Shown piece by piece: positions 1 to 6,958 of a DNA stretch of 12,915 bases. The notes under the pieces were generated by a model. It did not search any database. It saw nothing but the letters and a program-made list of their open reading frames with translations, and was not told the origin of the DNA. Position 1 is the first letter of the stretch. Every line of letters starts with the position of its first letter. This stretch comes from Candidatus Woesearchaeota archaeon. GTDB taxonomy: Archaea > Nanobdellota > Nanobdellia > Pacearchaeales > GW2011-AR1. Both the position numbers and the translations under genes were made by a program. The stretch is from the NCBI GenBank assembly GCA_964530955.1, contig CAZHCL010000017.1, positions 1-12,915 on the forward strand, read 5' to 3'.

Positions 1-27
1 AACGCAGTACCATTGTGCCACGTGCGC
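1..27 (-). tRNA. 5' fragment of a tRNA, truncated by the window edge; isotype not determinable (GCG start and D-arm compatible with tRNA-Gly)
   Basis: Reverse complement reads GCGCACG-TG-GCA-CAATGGTAC-TGC-G-TT: 7-nt acceptor strand, U8, 3-bp D-stem GCA/TGC with a TGGT D-loop. The anticodon lies outside the window. TTTAAATA box on the minus strand at 88-95. Confidence 0.75.
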
Positions 28-208
28 ATCTCTCTGCAAAAACATATAGAATGTCTCTGCACAGACACAATTCAATAATAAAATGCTTATTTAAAGATTT
101 AGGAATAAGTAAAATGAAGATAATTTTATCTATAAAAAGCACCTAGATAATGGATTATAACTATTAAAAAACACAATCATATATAAATAAAAAAATAAGA
201 GATAAAGA

Positions 209-2035
209 ATGACAGGACAATGTCTGCCATCACAAAGGCTTAGGCAGAAGATAGTTAAAGGAGAGATAAAAGTAGAAAATATTTCTTTAGCTAAAGATGA
301 AAAAGGATGGTTTTCAAACACAGATCTTGAATCAAGAATACAACCAGCTTCATTTGAGCCAACAATTGGTGATGAATTATATATTTTAGATACGGAGCTA
401 CTTGGAGGTTTTAGACCAGGAAATAATGAGACTGTACGCCGTTCTCTTCTTAGGCTACCACAAAGACAAAGACTGAAAGTTCAAATTGACAGTTCGGGCT
501 TTGAATTAAAAACGGGCTTTACTTACCTCTTTCCGCTTGAAGAAAGAATTAGCTTAAAAGAAGGAGAAAGAGTAGAATCCTCGCCAAAAAGTAGTACTGG
601 AAGAGTTTTTCTAAGAACTCGCATGTTGGCTGATTGTAATCCTACCTACGAAGAAATACATTATTCTGAAGGATGTAGTAATTTTTTACAGCCTTGGCTT
701 TTGGTACAACCTCTTACATTTAACACAATCATAAGACCTGGAGATTCTCTAAATCAATTAAGATTTTTTGAAGGAGATAACGCAATGCTGACTTCATCTG
801 AAATAAGAATGGAAATGGAAAAGCACCCTATTGTAAGAAAAAAGGGTGAAAATGAAAAAGTAAAACCCAATATTACTGATGGCATTCAAATCCACGCAGA
901 TTTTACGGGGGAAAATATGGAAGGAATAGTGGGTCTACGTGCAAGAAGAAATCCCCTGCCAATTGACCTAAGAAAGATTGGAGTTTATGATGCAGAAAAC
1001 TACTTTGAACCTATAGTAATAAGAGATGGTAAAGTAGAAATAAAGAGAGGAGAGCATTACCTATTAACCTCTGCAGAAGTTCTTTCTATACCTCCTCATC
1101 TAAGTGTTCAATTAAAAAGGCACTCAATTATAGGTCTTTCAGGACCAGTAGATTTCGCTGGATTTATAGACAATGGATTTGAGGGAGATTTAGTATTTGA
1201 GTTAAGATCAGACGAACCAAGAAACATTACCGCAGAAGCAGGATTATTGCCTGTAAGTAAACTTGAAATTTTCAGGTCAGAAGTGCCTGATAAAATCTAT
1301 GGAAAAAGCATTGGATCGAGCTATCAACAACAAACAGGAATAAGGCCTGCAAAAGGTTTCAGGAAGTTTGATTATGGACTTGCAGCGAGAAATTATGCTA
1401 AACTTAACAGAGATGTTTTGGTTATGGATGCAAAAGATATTTTGAAGCATCATCAAACAAAGGAACCATTTTCTTGGATATCTGAAGCAGAAGGCAAAAA
1501 TCTATTAAATTGTATAAAAGAAGGATTTTTCCATTCAAGATATGATTGTGAATCGGATGAAATGATTCTGCAGCCAATACCCTATGTCCTAATTTTGGGA
1601 GAAGGAGGAAAAATATTCTCCTACGTAAGATCAAAGGAAATAAAAGATTATGGAGATACGAGATTATTTGGAAAACATTCAATAGGATTAGGAGGGCATA
1701 TACAAAGAAAAGATGCTCCAGACTATATTGAAAGATGTCTTTCAAGAGAAATAGGTGAAGAAGTAAATATCCACGGAAAATCTTCTCCACCAAAACTAAT
1801 TGGCACATTAATGGCCTACGACAAACCAGTAGACCGAGTTCACTTCGGACTTGTTTACGTTATCCCTCTTGCTAAAAGAGGCTACGTAGCTCCAAAAGAA
1901 GCTTCAATCATTACAGGAAGAATGATTTCTTTAGATGAAATCGAAAAGGATAGGCAAGCACATGAAAAATACGAAACCTGGAGCAATAAATTACTCCCTC
2001 TTCTTCCAGAGATATACTCAAGGACATTCAAATAA
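209..2035 (+). CDS. dcd: dCTP deaminase (duplicated-domain DCD type) fused to a C-terminal NUDIX-family phosphoesterase
   Basis: IQPASF, PKSSTGR, GFIDNGFEG..VFELRS and YG..IGSSYQ.Q motifs match the long DCD_N/DCD_C dCTP deaminase family. The C-terminal ~200 aa has QPIPY, R..GKHSIGLGGH, REIGEEV and VDRVHFGLV, typical of the COG4112-like NUDIX phosphoesterase. TATAAATA at 182-189. Confidence 0.85.
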   Translation: MTGQCLPSQRLRQKIVKGEIKVENISLAKDEKGWFSNTDLESRIQPASFEPTIGDELYILDTELLGGFRPGNNETVRRSLLRLPQRQRLKVQIDSSGFELKTGFTYLFPLEERISLKEGERVESSPKSSTGRVFLRTRMLADCNPTYEEIHYSEGCSNFLQPWLLVQPLTFNTIIRPGDSLNQLRFFEGDNAMLTSSEIRMEMEKHPIVRKKGENEKVKPNITDGIQIHADFTGENMEGIVGLRARRNPLPIDLRKIGVYDAENYFEPIVIRDGKVEIKRGEHYLLTSAEVLSIPPHLSVQLKRHSIIGLSGPVDFAGFIDNGFEGDLVFELRSDEPRNITAEAGLLPVSKLEIFRSEVPDKIYGKSIGSSYQQQTGIRPAKGFRKFDYGLAARNYAKLNRDVLVMDAKDILKHHQTKEPFSWISEAEGKNLLNCIKEGFFHSRYDCESDEMILQPIPYVLILGEGGKIFSYVRSKEIKDYGDTRLFGKHSIGLGGHIQRKDAPDYIERCLSREIGEEVNIHGKSSPPKLIGTLMAYDKPVDRVHFGLVYVIPLAKRGYVAPKEASIITGRMISLDEIEKDRQAHEKYETWSNKLLPLLPEIYSRTFK

Positions 2036-2039
2036 AGAG

Positions 2040-2114
2040 CGCCCCCGACAGGATTTGAACCTGCGACCCTCAGATTAGAAGTCTGATGCTCTATCCAGGC
2101 TGAGCTACGGGGGC
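2040..2114 (-). tRNA. tRNA-Arg(UCU), no encoded CCA, no intron
   Basis: Reverse complement GCCCCCG..TCAGA-CTTCTAA-TCTGA..GGTTCAAATCC..CGGGGGC-G folds as a full cloverleaf with anticodon TCT. Confidence 0.96.
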
Positions 2115-2138
2115 TTACAAATGAGACAAAAATTACTT

Positions 2139-2146
2139 ATTTAAAA
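2139..2146 (-). promoter_or_regulatory. TATA box of tRNA-Arg
   Basis: TTTAAATA on the minus strand, 25-32 nt upstream of the tRNA 5' end. Confidence 0.65.
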
Positions 2147-2174
2147 GTTCCCCTTGGAAGAAATTATAGAAAAA

Positions 2175-2489
2175 CTAACCGCCTAAATCAAAATTTATTA
2201 TCTTTCTTTTAAAAGGATGGCTTTCAGAGTTATAATCACTTAGAAAATCTTTCTCTCTATGTTTCTTGAAATGGTTAAAAACAAATGCAAGAACAAGAAT
2301 GAACACAAAAAAAGACAGCCAAAAAACAAGAAAGTTCTGGTTTATAGGCTCAGAAGTGGTTCTGTAATTAACTGGATTGGAAAAAGTTACAAAGCCCAAT
2401 ATACTTCCATACCTCAGCACAGCTATACTAGCCATTATACCAGCAAATAAGATAAGCAAAACAAAGAAGCTTATCACCTTCCTTTTCAT
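2175..2489 (-). CDS. small hypothetical membrane protein (104 aa)
   Basis: ATG start, two strongly hydrophobic segments (aa ~6-35 and ~53-73), TTTATAAG box ~25 nt upstream. No family recognised. Confidence 0.65.
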   Translation of the reverse strand: MKRKVISFFVLLILFAGIMASIAVLRYGSILGFVTFSNPVNYRTTSEPINQNFLVFWLSFFVFILVLAFVFNHFKKHREKDFLSDYNSESHPFKRKIINFDLGG

Positions 2490-2569
2490 ATTGTGAAAAG
2501 GGAGCCTATTCTTATAAATGTTGCCCCAGAATTAGGAATCTATTTAAACAAGATTTCATACTTAGCGAT

Positions 2570-3469
2570 ATGGAAAAGGTAAATTTAACTTTTTTAGGTA
2601 CTGGAAACGCAATCCCTACTGAGAAAAGAAATCATACAGGAATATTAATGAATTTCAAGGATGAATCTCTGTTATTTGACTGCGGAGAGGGAATCCAAAG
2701 GCAGTTCAAAATAGCAGGAATTTCTCCTTCGAAGTTAACAAGATTATTCATAACCCATTGGCATGGAGACCACATTCTAGGTCTTCCCGGTTTATTTCAA
2801 ACACTTGCAATGTCAAATTATAATAAAAAGCTTAGAATATACGGTCCATTAGGAACAAAAAGGTTCATCGCAGTAATACAAGAGCTGCTGATGCACATAA
2901 ACATTAATTTAGAAGTTCATGAATTTACAGAAGGAGTGGTTGTGGATGAAAAAGAGTTCAGAGTTGAAGCTAAAGCAATGTCTCACGGAATTCCAAGCCT
3001 TGCTTACTCTTTGATTATAAAAGAAAAAGTAAGACTTAAAAAAGATAAATTGAAAAAACTAAAGCTTCCAAATTCTCCACTCATAAGAAAACTTATTCAG
3101 GGAGAGGATATAATATTCAATAAAAAGAAAATAAAAGCCTCCCAGATTATTTGGAAAGAACCGCAGAAAAAAATAACTCTTGTCCTAGATACAAAGATGA
3201 ATAATAAAGCAATAGAATTGGCAAAAGATGCAGATTTGCTTATAGCTGAATCAACTTTCTCAGAAAGCGAAGCTGAAAAAGCGGCAGAATATAATCATCT
3301 AACTGCAAAAGACGCAGCAACAATAGCAAAAAAAGCAAAAGCAAAAGCACTTATTATAACTCATATTTCCCAGAGATATGAACATAACCTCCAAGCAATA
3401 GAAAAAGAAGCAAGAAAAACTTTCAAAAATACAAGAATTGCAAAAGATTTTGATTCTTTAGAATTATAA
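2570..3469 (+). CDS. rnz: ribonuclease Z (tRNA 3'-processing, metallo-beta-lactamase fold)
   Basis: LTFLGTG, FDCGEG.QRQ, THWHGDHILGL, D.LIAESTF, HLTA and THISQRY motifs. Confidence 0.97.
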   Translation: MEKVNLTFLGTGNAIPTEKRNHTGILMNFKDESLLFDCGEGIQRQFKIAGISPSKLTRLFITHWHGDHILGLPGLFQTLAMSNYNKKLRIYGPLGTKRFIAVIQELLMHININLEVHEFTEGVVVDEKEFRVEAKAMSHGIPSLAYSLIIKEKVRLKKDKLKKLKLPNSPLIRKLIQGEDIIFNKKKIKASQIIWKEPQKKITLVLDTKMNNKAIELAKDADLLIAESTFSESEAEKAAEYNHLTAKDAATIAKKAKAKALIITHISQRYEHNLQAIEKEARKTFKNTRIAKDFDSLEL

Positions 3470-3480
3470 AAAAAATAAAA

Positions 3481-3729
3481 TTATTTCTTCAAACTTGTTG
3501 AAGCAGGAGAAATATAAATGATAGTATCTCCTCTTAGAAAAGTTAATCCTATATTTTTCTTTACCTGTCCATCCTGCATTTCCTTCGCATTATCAAGAAC
3601 AACATTAATATGTATATCAAAAGCCGCAAGAGTACCAACAAACTGCTTCTCTCCCTTTAATTGCACTAAAACTTCCTTTCCCTTTGATGCATTCAAAAGG
3701 TCAAGTGGTCTCTCAATTCCATTTGTCAT
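3481..3729 (-). CDS. lsm: Sm-like archaeal protein (SmAP/Lsm, snRNP-type)
   Basis: RPLDLL..SKGK.V.V.LK....GTL.AFD.HINVVL and LRGDTIIYISP (Sm1/Sm2 motifs). The ATG at 3729 is preferred over the track's TTG at 3741 because TTTAAATA (3751-3758) lies 22-29 nt upstream of it. Confidence 0.93.
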   Translation of the reverse strand: MTNGIERPLDLLNASKGKEVLVQLKGEKQFVGTLAAFDIHINVVLDNAKEMQDGQVKKNIGLTFLRGDTIIYISPASTSLKK

Positions 3730-3750
3730 AATTCTTTTCAACTCTCAGCA

Positions 3751-3758
3751 TATTTAAA
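3751..3758 (-). promoter_or_regulatory. TATA box of lsm, 5 nt from the transposon target duplication
   Basis: TTTAAATA on the minus strand, 22-29 nt upstream of the ATG at 3729. Confidence 0.7.
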
Positions 3759-3762
3759 TGTA

Positions 3763-3771
3763 TCGCTGGAT
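3763..3771 (+). repeat. left target-site duplication TCGCTGGAT
   Basis: Exact 9-bp direct copy at 9767-9775; both copies directly abut the inverted ends. Confidence 0.9.
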
Positions 3772-3796
3772 GGGAGTGTCTAACTTGCGTGGCTTT
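3772..3796 (+). repeat. left terminal inverted repeat GGGAGTGTC-TAACTTG-CGTGGCTTT
   Basis: Matches the reverse complement of 9742-9766 in two blocks. The outer block resembles IS6-family termini (IS26 begins GGCACTGTT). Confidence 0.88.
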
Positions 3797-5039
3797 CTAT
3801 CATTTTCTCCTCACGTGTCAAGTTCGTGGCTTTTTCTTGTTTAATTGATTGTAATAACATAGCATTCCATCTGTTTCCATTAACGCCAATTCCACATTTA
3901 TCCGCAGGGGTTAGCTTTTGTCTTGCAGATTTTCTTATAAAATTATGAAAAACTTTAAAGCCATCTTGATAGGTTTGAGTTTCTGTTACTCCTCTTCTAA
4001 TCTTATGAAATTCTTTCTGATGGGAATGATGAGATTCTATTGCATTGTTATTGACTATTTTTCTTTTACCCATTATTGTGGTAAATTTAACTTTCCGTTC
4101 ATTACCCCAATTTCTAAAAGTCTTTCTACATCCATCTTGATAACAAGGGTTACCATCAACTATAATTTGATATGGTATTTTTCCGTTCTGTTTTAATGCC
4201 TCTGTGAAAACCTTTTGTGCGTCTTTGCTATTTCTACTTCTGCCTGAATTGATAGAAGCAAGTAAGAATTTAGTTTTATTATCCATTACATTCCAGACAT
4301 AATCATATTCCTTATTTTGATTGTTCTTATTTTTCCTATCTATTCCTCTCTTGCTTAAAACAAGTGTTTCATCTGCATTCCATACATTACTTTGAGTTTG
4401 TGGTTTGATTGTTTCGCTATATTTTTCCATAGTTTGTGAAAATCTTAAAACCCAACTTCTTATAGTTTCGTGAGAAAGTTTTAATCCATAAAATTGTTGA
4501 AATTGGTCGCTTATGTCTCTATAACTTAATCCCTTATAGTAGCAGTCCATAGCAAGGCAAACAAGTTTAGTGTTTCCTTTAATCTGTTTGATTGGCTCTA
4601 AAATAAATCTTCTTTTACAATCCTTACAACAGAATAATTGTTTAAATCCGAGTTTAGTCTTACGTGTGCCTCTCTTAAACAGCTGTTCAGAGGCACAGTA
4701 AGGACAATTATCTCTTTTTTGTCCCTCAATTATTAACTCTACTTCTTTCTCTACTTGTGGCTCTACTTCATATTTTGCCTTAACCTTTTTAAATAATAAA
4801 ATAGCCTTAATGTGTTTGCAATAGAGATTTTTACCCAGACATCTTCTCTTAAAGTCTTCACACTCACAAGCATAACTATCTAAGTGTGTTACTCTATACT
4901 TTTTATGACTATCAAATTGAGATGGAACTAAATAAGTAAACTCATCTAATATTTGAGGGTTGCCTTTCTCTAAGATAATCTCTGCTCGTTTATTTCTCCA
5001 TTCAGAGAAGTTTTTAAGATATTGTGCTGTGTTTTCCAT
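3780..5039 (-). CDS. IS6/IS240-like DDE transposase with N-terminal SWIM zinc finger, C4 zinc ribbon and HTH
   Basis: SWIM C58-x-C60...C74-x-H76. Ribbon C112xxC115...C138xxC141. HTH GLSYRDIS...SHETIRSWV. Catalytic WNAD223E, IIVD295G and NNNAIE335S, plus YVWNVMD. The stop codon lies inside the left inverted repeat. Confidence 0.9.
   Translation of the reverse strand: MENTAQYLKNFSEWRNKRAEIILEKGNPQILDEFTYLVPSQFDSHKKYRVTHLDSYACECEDFKRRCLGKNLYCKHIKAILLFKKVKAKYEVEPQVEKEVELIIEGQKRDNCPYCASEQLFKRGTRKTKLGFKQLFCCKDCKRRFILEPIKQIKGNTKLVCLAMDCYYKGLSYRDISDQFQQFYGLKLSHETIRSWVLRFSQTMEKYSETIKPQTQSNVWNADETLVLSKRGIDRKNKNNQNKEYDYVWNVMDNKTKFLLASINSGRSRNSKDAQKVFTEALKQNGKIPYQIIVDGNPCYQDGCRKTFRNWGNERKVKFTTIMGKRKIVNNNAIESHHSHQKEFHKIRRGVTETQTYQDGFKVFHNFIRKSARQKLTPADKCGIGVNGNRWNAMLLQSIKQEKATNLTREEKMIESHAS
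3815..3833 (+). repeat. internal copy of the end motif (GTGTC-AAGTT-CGTGGCTTT) inside the transposase 3' coding region
   Basis: Same two conserved blocks as the terminal repeat, with a 5-nt spacer. Confidence 0.8.
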
Positions 5040-5046
5040 AATATAC

Positions 5047-5084
5047 TTAGGTGCCCGAAGTATATAAACATTTCGGTGCCCTAA
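5047..5084 (-). promoter_or_regulatory. transposase promoter: TATA (5061-5068) flanked by two 13-bp palindromic operators (5047-5059, 5072-5084)
   Basis: TTAGG-TGC-CCGAA and TTCGG-TGC-CCTAA, 25 bp apart, around TTTATATA (minus strand). Confidence 0.8.
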
Positions 5085-5108
5085 ATATATAATGCAGAAA
5101 TGTTTATA

Positions 5109-5159
5109 AGTCCTTAATTACTCACTTATAAGATATTAAATAGTGATTAAATAAGGACT
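5109..5159. promoter_or_regulatory. 51-bp imperfect palindrome directly upstream of the RHH gene (putative operator)
   Basis: Arms 5109-5126 (AGTCCTTAATTACTCACT) and 5142-5159 (AGTGATTAAATAAGGACT) pair at 16/18 positions without gaps, around a 15-nt AT-rich spacer. Confidence 0.65.
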
Positions 5160-5306
5160 ATGCAAAAACAGATTAAAATAACAGTTTCAGAAAAGCTTTA
5201 TAAAATCATAGAAACTAAAGCTAAGAGTATGGGCACAAAGACATCTACTTATTGTTATAACATCGTTTTTTCAGATGTAAAAAAAGAGGCAGATAAAAAT
5301 GATTGA
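5160..5306 (+). CDS. ribbon-helix-helix (CopG/Arc-like) DNA-binding protein, 48 aa, absent from the ORF track
   Basis: Hand translation: MQKQIKITVSEKLYKIIETKAKSMGTKTSTYCYNIVFSDVKKEADKND. Alternating beta-strand, helix A ending in G, then helix B. The stop overlaps the next start (ATGATTGA). Confidence 0.8.
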   Translation: MQKQIKITVSEKLYKIIETKAKSMGTKTSTYCYNIVFSDVKKEADKND

Positions 5307-5946
5307 AATTTTAAGTTCGATATACACTTTTTGGGGTTATATAGATGACGCCAATTATTTAAGAAAATTATTCAAGGTTATAGGTAAGTGGTTTAGTTTT
5401 CTTAAATGGTATTGGAAAAATCCAGAAATTCAAATAAAATATTCCAGACTTATTACTTGTCAATATGAGAAAAATACAATAAATAGCATACATACTACTC
5501 TAATAAATAAAAAAAAGAAATTTAGTGATGGTTTTAGCAAATCAAACAATCAAATGCAGTTTGAGATTGAAAATTCTAAGCTTAATTATCGCATAACGGT
5601 TGATAGAGTTAATCAGGAACAACAGAATATTTTATTTGAGAATAAGTATCTTTCTTTTTATCCTCTTAGAAAATTCAAGAGTTTAAACGCAATCACTAAT
5701 GAATTTAATGAAATATACGAAATAATATCAAATCCTCTATCTATTGAAAATAATAATAAGATTATTACGGTTGATGTTAAAGAGATAGATAACTCAAATA
5801 AAGAACAGATTAAGTTTGTAAAATCAAATGCTCAAATATCTTTTAAAGGCAACAGAATCCAAATAAAAAACTTTAATGGCACAGAACATGGAGAATTTTT
5901 ACTTTTCTTTATTATGAAATGGCTTACCGAATATAGAACGTCCTAA
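5299..5946 (+). CDS. hypothetical protein (215 aa), transposon cargo
   Basis: Long ORF in very AT-rich DNA, translationally coupled to the RHH gene. Aromatic/Trp-rich N-terminal helix. No family recognised. Confidence 0.7.
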   Translation: MIEILSSIYTFWGYIDDANYLRKLFKVIGKWFSFLKWYWKNPEIQIKYSRLITCQYEKNTINSIHTTLINKKKKFSDGFSKSNNQMQFEIENSKLNYRITVDRVNQEQQNILFENKYLSFYPLRKFKSLNAITNEFNEIYEIISNPLSIENNNKIITVDVKEIDNSNKEQIKFVKSNAQISFKGNRIQIKNFNGTEHGEFLLFFIMKWLTEYRTS

Positions 5947-6710
5947 TCCTCTATCCAATCTGTTAAAGGTTTTAGTTGGTCAATCAGTTTTTCAGGTATT
6001 TTTTCTTGATAATTTGAATAGGGGAGAAATGTTTTTACTATCTCTTTGTTTAGTATCAATTCATCTTTAAAATCTTTCATCTTTGTTTTACATAACAATG
6101 TGCCTTCTAAGTAAATAGCTACTTTTAGAGTATACCCAAAACTACTTACAAATTCTACACCTATGCCCATTCTATCATCAGGATTATCAACAAAATCATC
6201 ATCGTCATCAATTTCGTGACCGAATTGTCCAGAATATTGTATTTTGCCATCAAATCTAACACCATTAAACCATACATTCTGAAATATGCCTTTCTGTTTA
6301 GCTTCTAATACTTTTTGAGGTATAAAAAGAACAGAACCAATCTTGCCCGATTCTCCAAATAATACATTGCTTAAAATCTCTATCCCAAACAGTTTAGCTC
6401 TATCTTTTGAAGTAAAGCTTATGATTTTCAAATCTGGAAATATGATAAAATTAACTTCATCGTATAAAAAAGCTTCATTTGGCTTCTTTTCAATTTCAAA
6501 CTCATCATCAATATTGAACAAAAAGTCATCAAAACTTCTTTTAACTGCTATCTTTCCATAAACATAACCGTCATCTTTATCACTTATTATAAAATTACCT
6601 ATTGTAAAATTATTAACTTTAGGTATTTTAAGAGTTTGAGAAATATTTTTGAGAGCATACACTATTTGGTCTTTAGTTAAACTTCCTTCATATTTTGATA
6701 TGAATGCCAT
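5943..6710 (-). CDS. hypothetical protein (255 aa), transposon cargo
   Basis: Long ORF with its own TTTATATC box (6731-6738) 21-28 nt upstream. Acidic stretch EIDDDDDFVDNPDD. Convergent 4-nt overlap with the 215-aa gene. Confidence 0.75.
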   Translation of the reverse strand: MAFISKYEGSLTKDQIVYALKNISQTLKIPKVNNFTIGNFIISDKDDGYVYGKIAVKRSFDDFLFNIDDEFEIEKKPNEAFLYDEVNFIIFPDLKIISFTSKDRAKLFGIEILSNVLFGESGKIGSVLFIPQKVLEAKQKGIFQNVWFNGVRFDGKIQYSGQFGHEIDDDDDFVDNPDDRMGIGVEFVSSFGYTLKVAIYLEGTLLCKTKMKDFKDELILNKEIVKTFLPYSNYQEKIPEKLIDQLKPLTDWIED

Positions 6711-6740
6711 AAAAATGCCAGACAGTATACGATATAAACC

Positions 6741-6911
6741 TTATTCTTTCTTCTTATCTTCTTCTATGATAATTTTATTATTCTTAGTAGTGATTTTTAG
6801 TTCTTTGCCTATTAAACCAGATTCTTCGGCTACTGCTTTCGGCAAAGGTGCCCTAAACTTATAATATTCGGTTTTACCTACGGTCTTATCATACGTCTCT
6901 ATTATTTTCAT
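6741..6911 (-). CDS. AbrB/MazE/SpoVT-like DNA-binding protein, 56 aa, absent from the ORF track
   Basis: Hand translation: MKIIETYDKTVGKTEYYKFRAPLPKAVAEESGLIGKELKITTKNNKIIIEEDKKKE. The LPK..AE..GL.G.EL.I....NKIII pattern fits the swapped-hairpin fold. TATA-like CTTAAATA 22-29 nt upstream. Confidence 0.82.
   Translation of the reverse strand: MKIIETYDKTVGKTEYYKFRAPLPKAVAEESGLIGKELKITTKNNKIIIEEDKKKE
6844..6856. promoter_or_regulatory. fifth operator-like copy (AAAGG-TGC-CCTAA) inside the AbrB-like gene
   Basis: 11/13 match to TTAGG-TGC-CCTAA; lies exactly 75 bp (3 x 25) from the 6919 copy. Confidence 0.5.
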
Positions 6912-6918
6912 AAGATAA

Positions 6919-6956
6919 TTAGGTGCCCTAACTATTTAAGTCTTTAGGTGCCCGAT
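6919..6956 (-). promoter_or_regulatory. AbrB-like gene promoter: TATA (6933-6940) flanked by two 13-bp palindromic operators (6919-6931, 6944-6956)
   Basis: TTAGG-TGC-CCTAA (perfect arms) and TTAGG-TGC-CCGAT, 25 bp apart. Offsets from the ATG are identical to those at the transposase promoter. Confidence 0.82.
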
Positions 6957-6958
6957 AA

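Noticed and set aside
2040-2114. tRNA-Arg or tRNA-Leu as the attachment site of an integrated element
   Set aside because: No duplicated tRNA 3' fragment and no tyrosine or serine integrase in the window. The mobile element's ends are explained by the DDE transposase.
3764-3771. 8-bp (canonical IS6) reading of the target duplication
   Set aside because: Symmetric alignment of the two ends puts the termini at 3772 and 9766, leaving nine identical flanking bases. An 8-bp reading makes the ends asymmetric, although more insertions are needed to settle this.
6649-6864. 71-aa plus-strand hydrophobic ORF from the track
   Set aside because: Antisense shadow of the AbrB-like gene and the start of the 255-aa gene, which have recognisable motifs and promoters.
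5047-6956. Recurring GGTGCCC as a mini-CRISPR or iteron array
   Set aside because: Copies are only 13 bp, palindromic, not separated by spacer-length unique sequences, and sit at fixed offsets around TATA boxes. No cas or rep gene is present. Operators explain them better.
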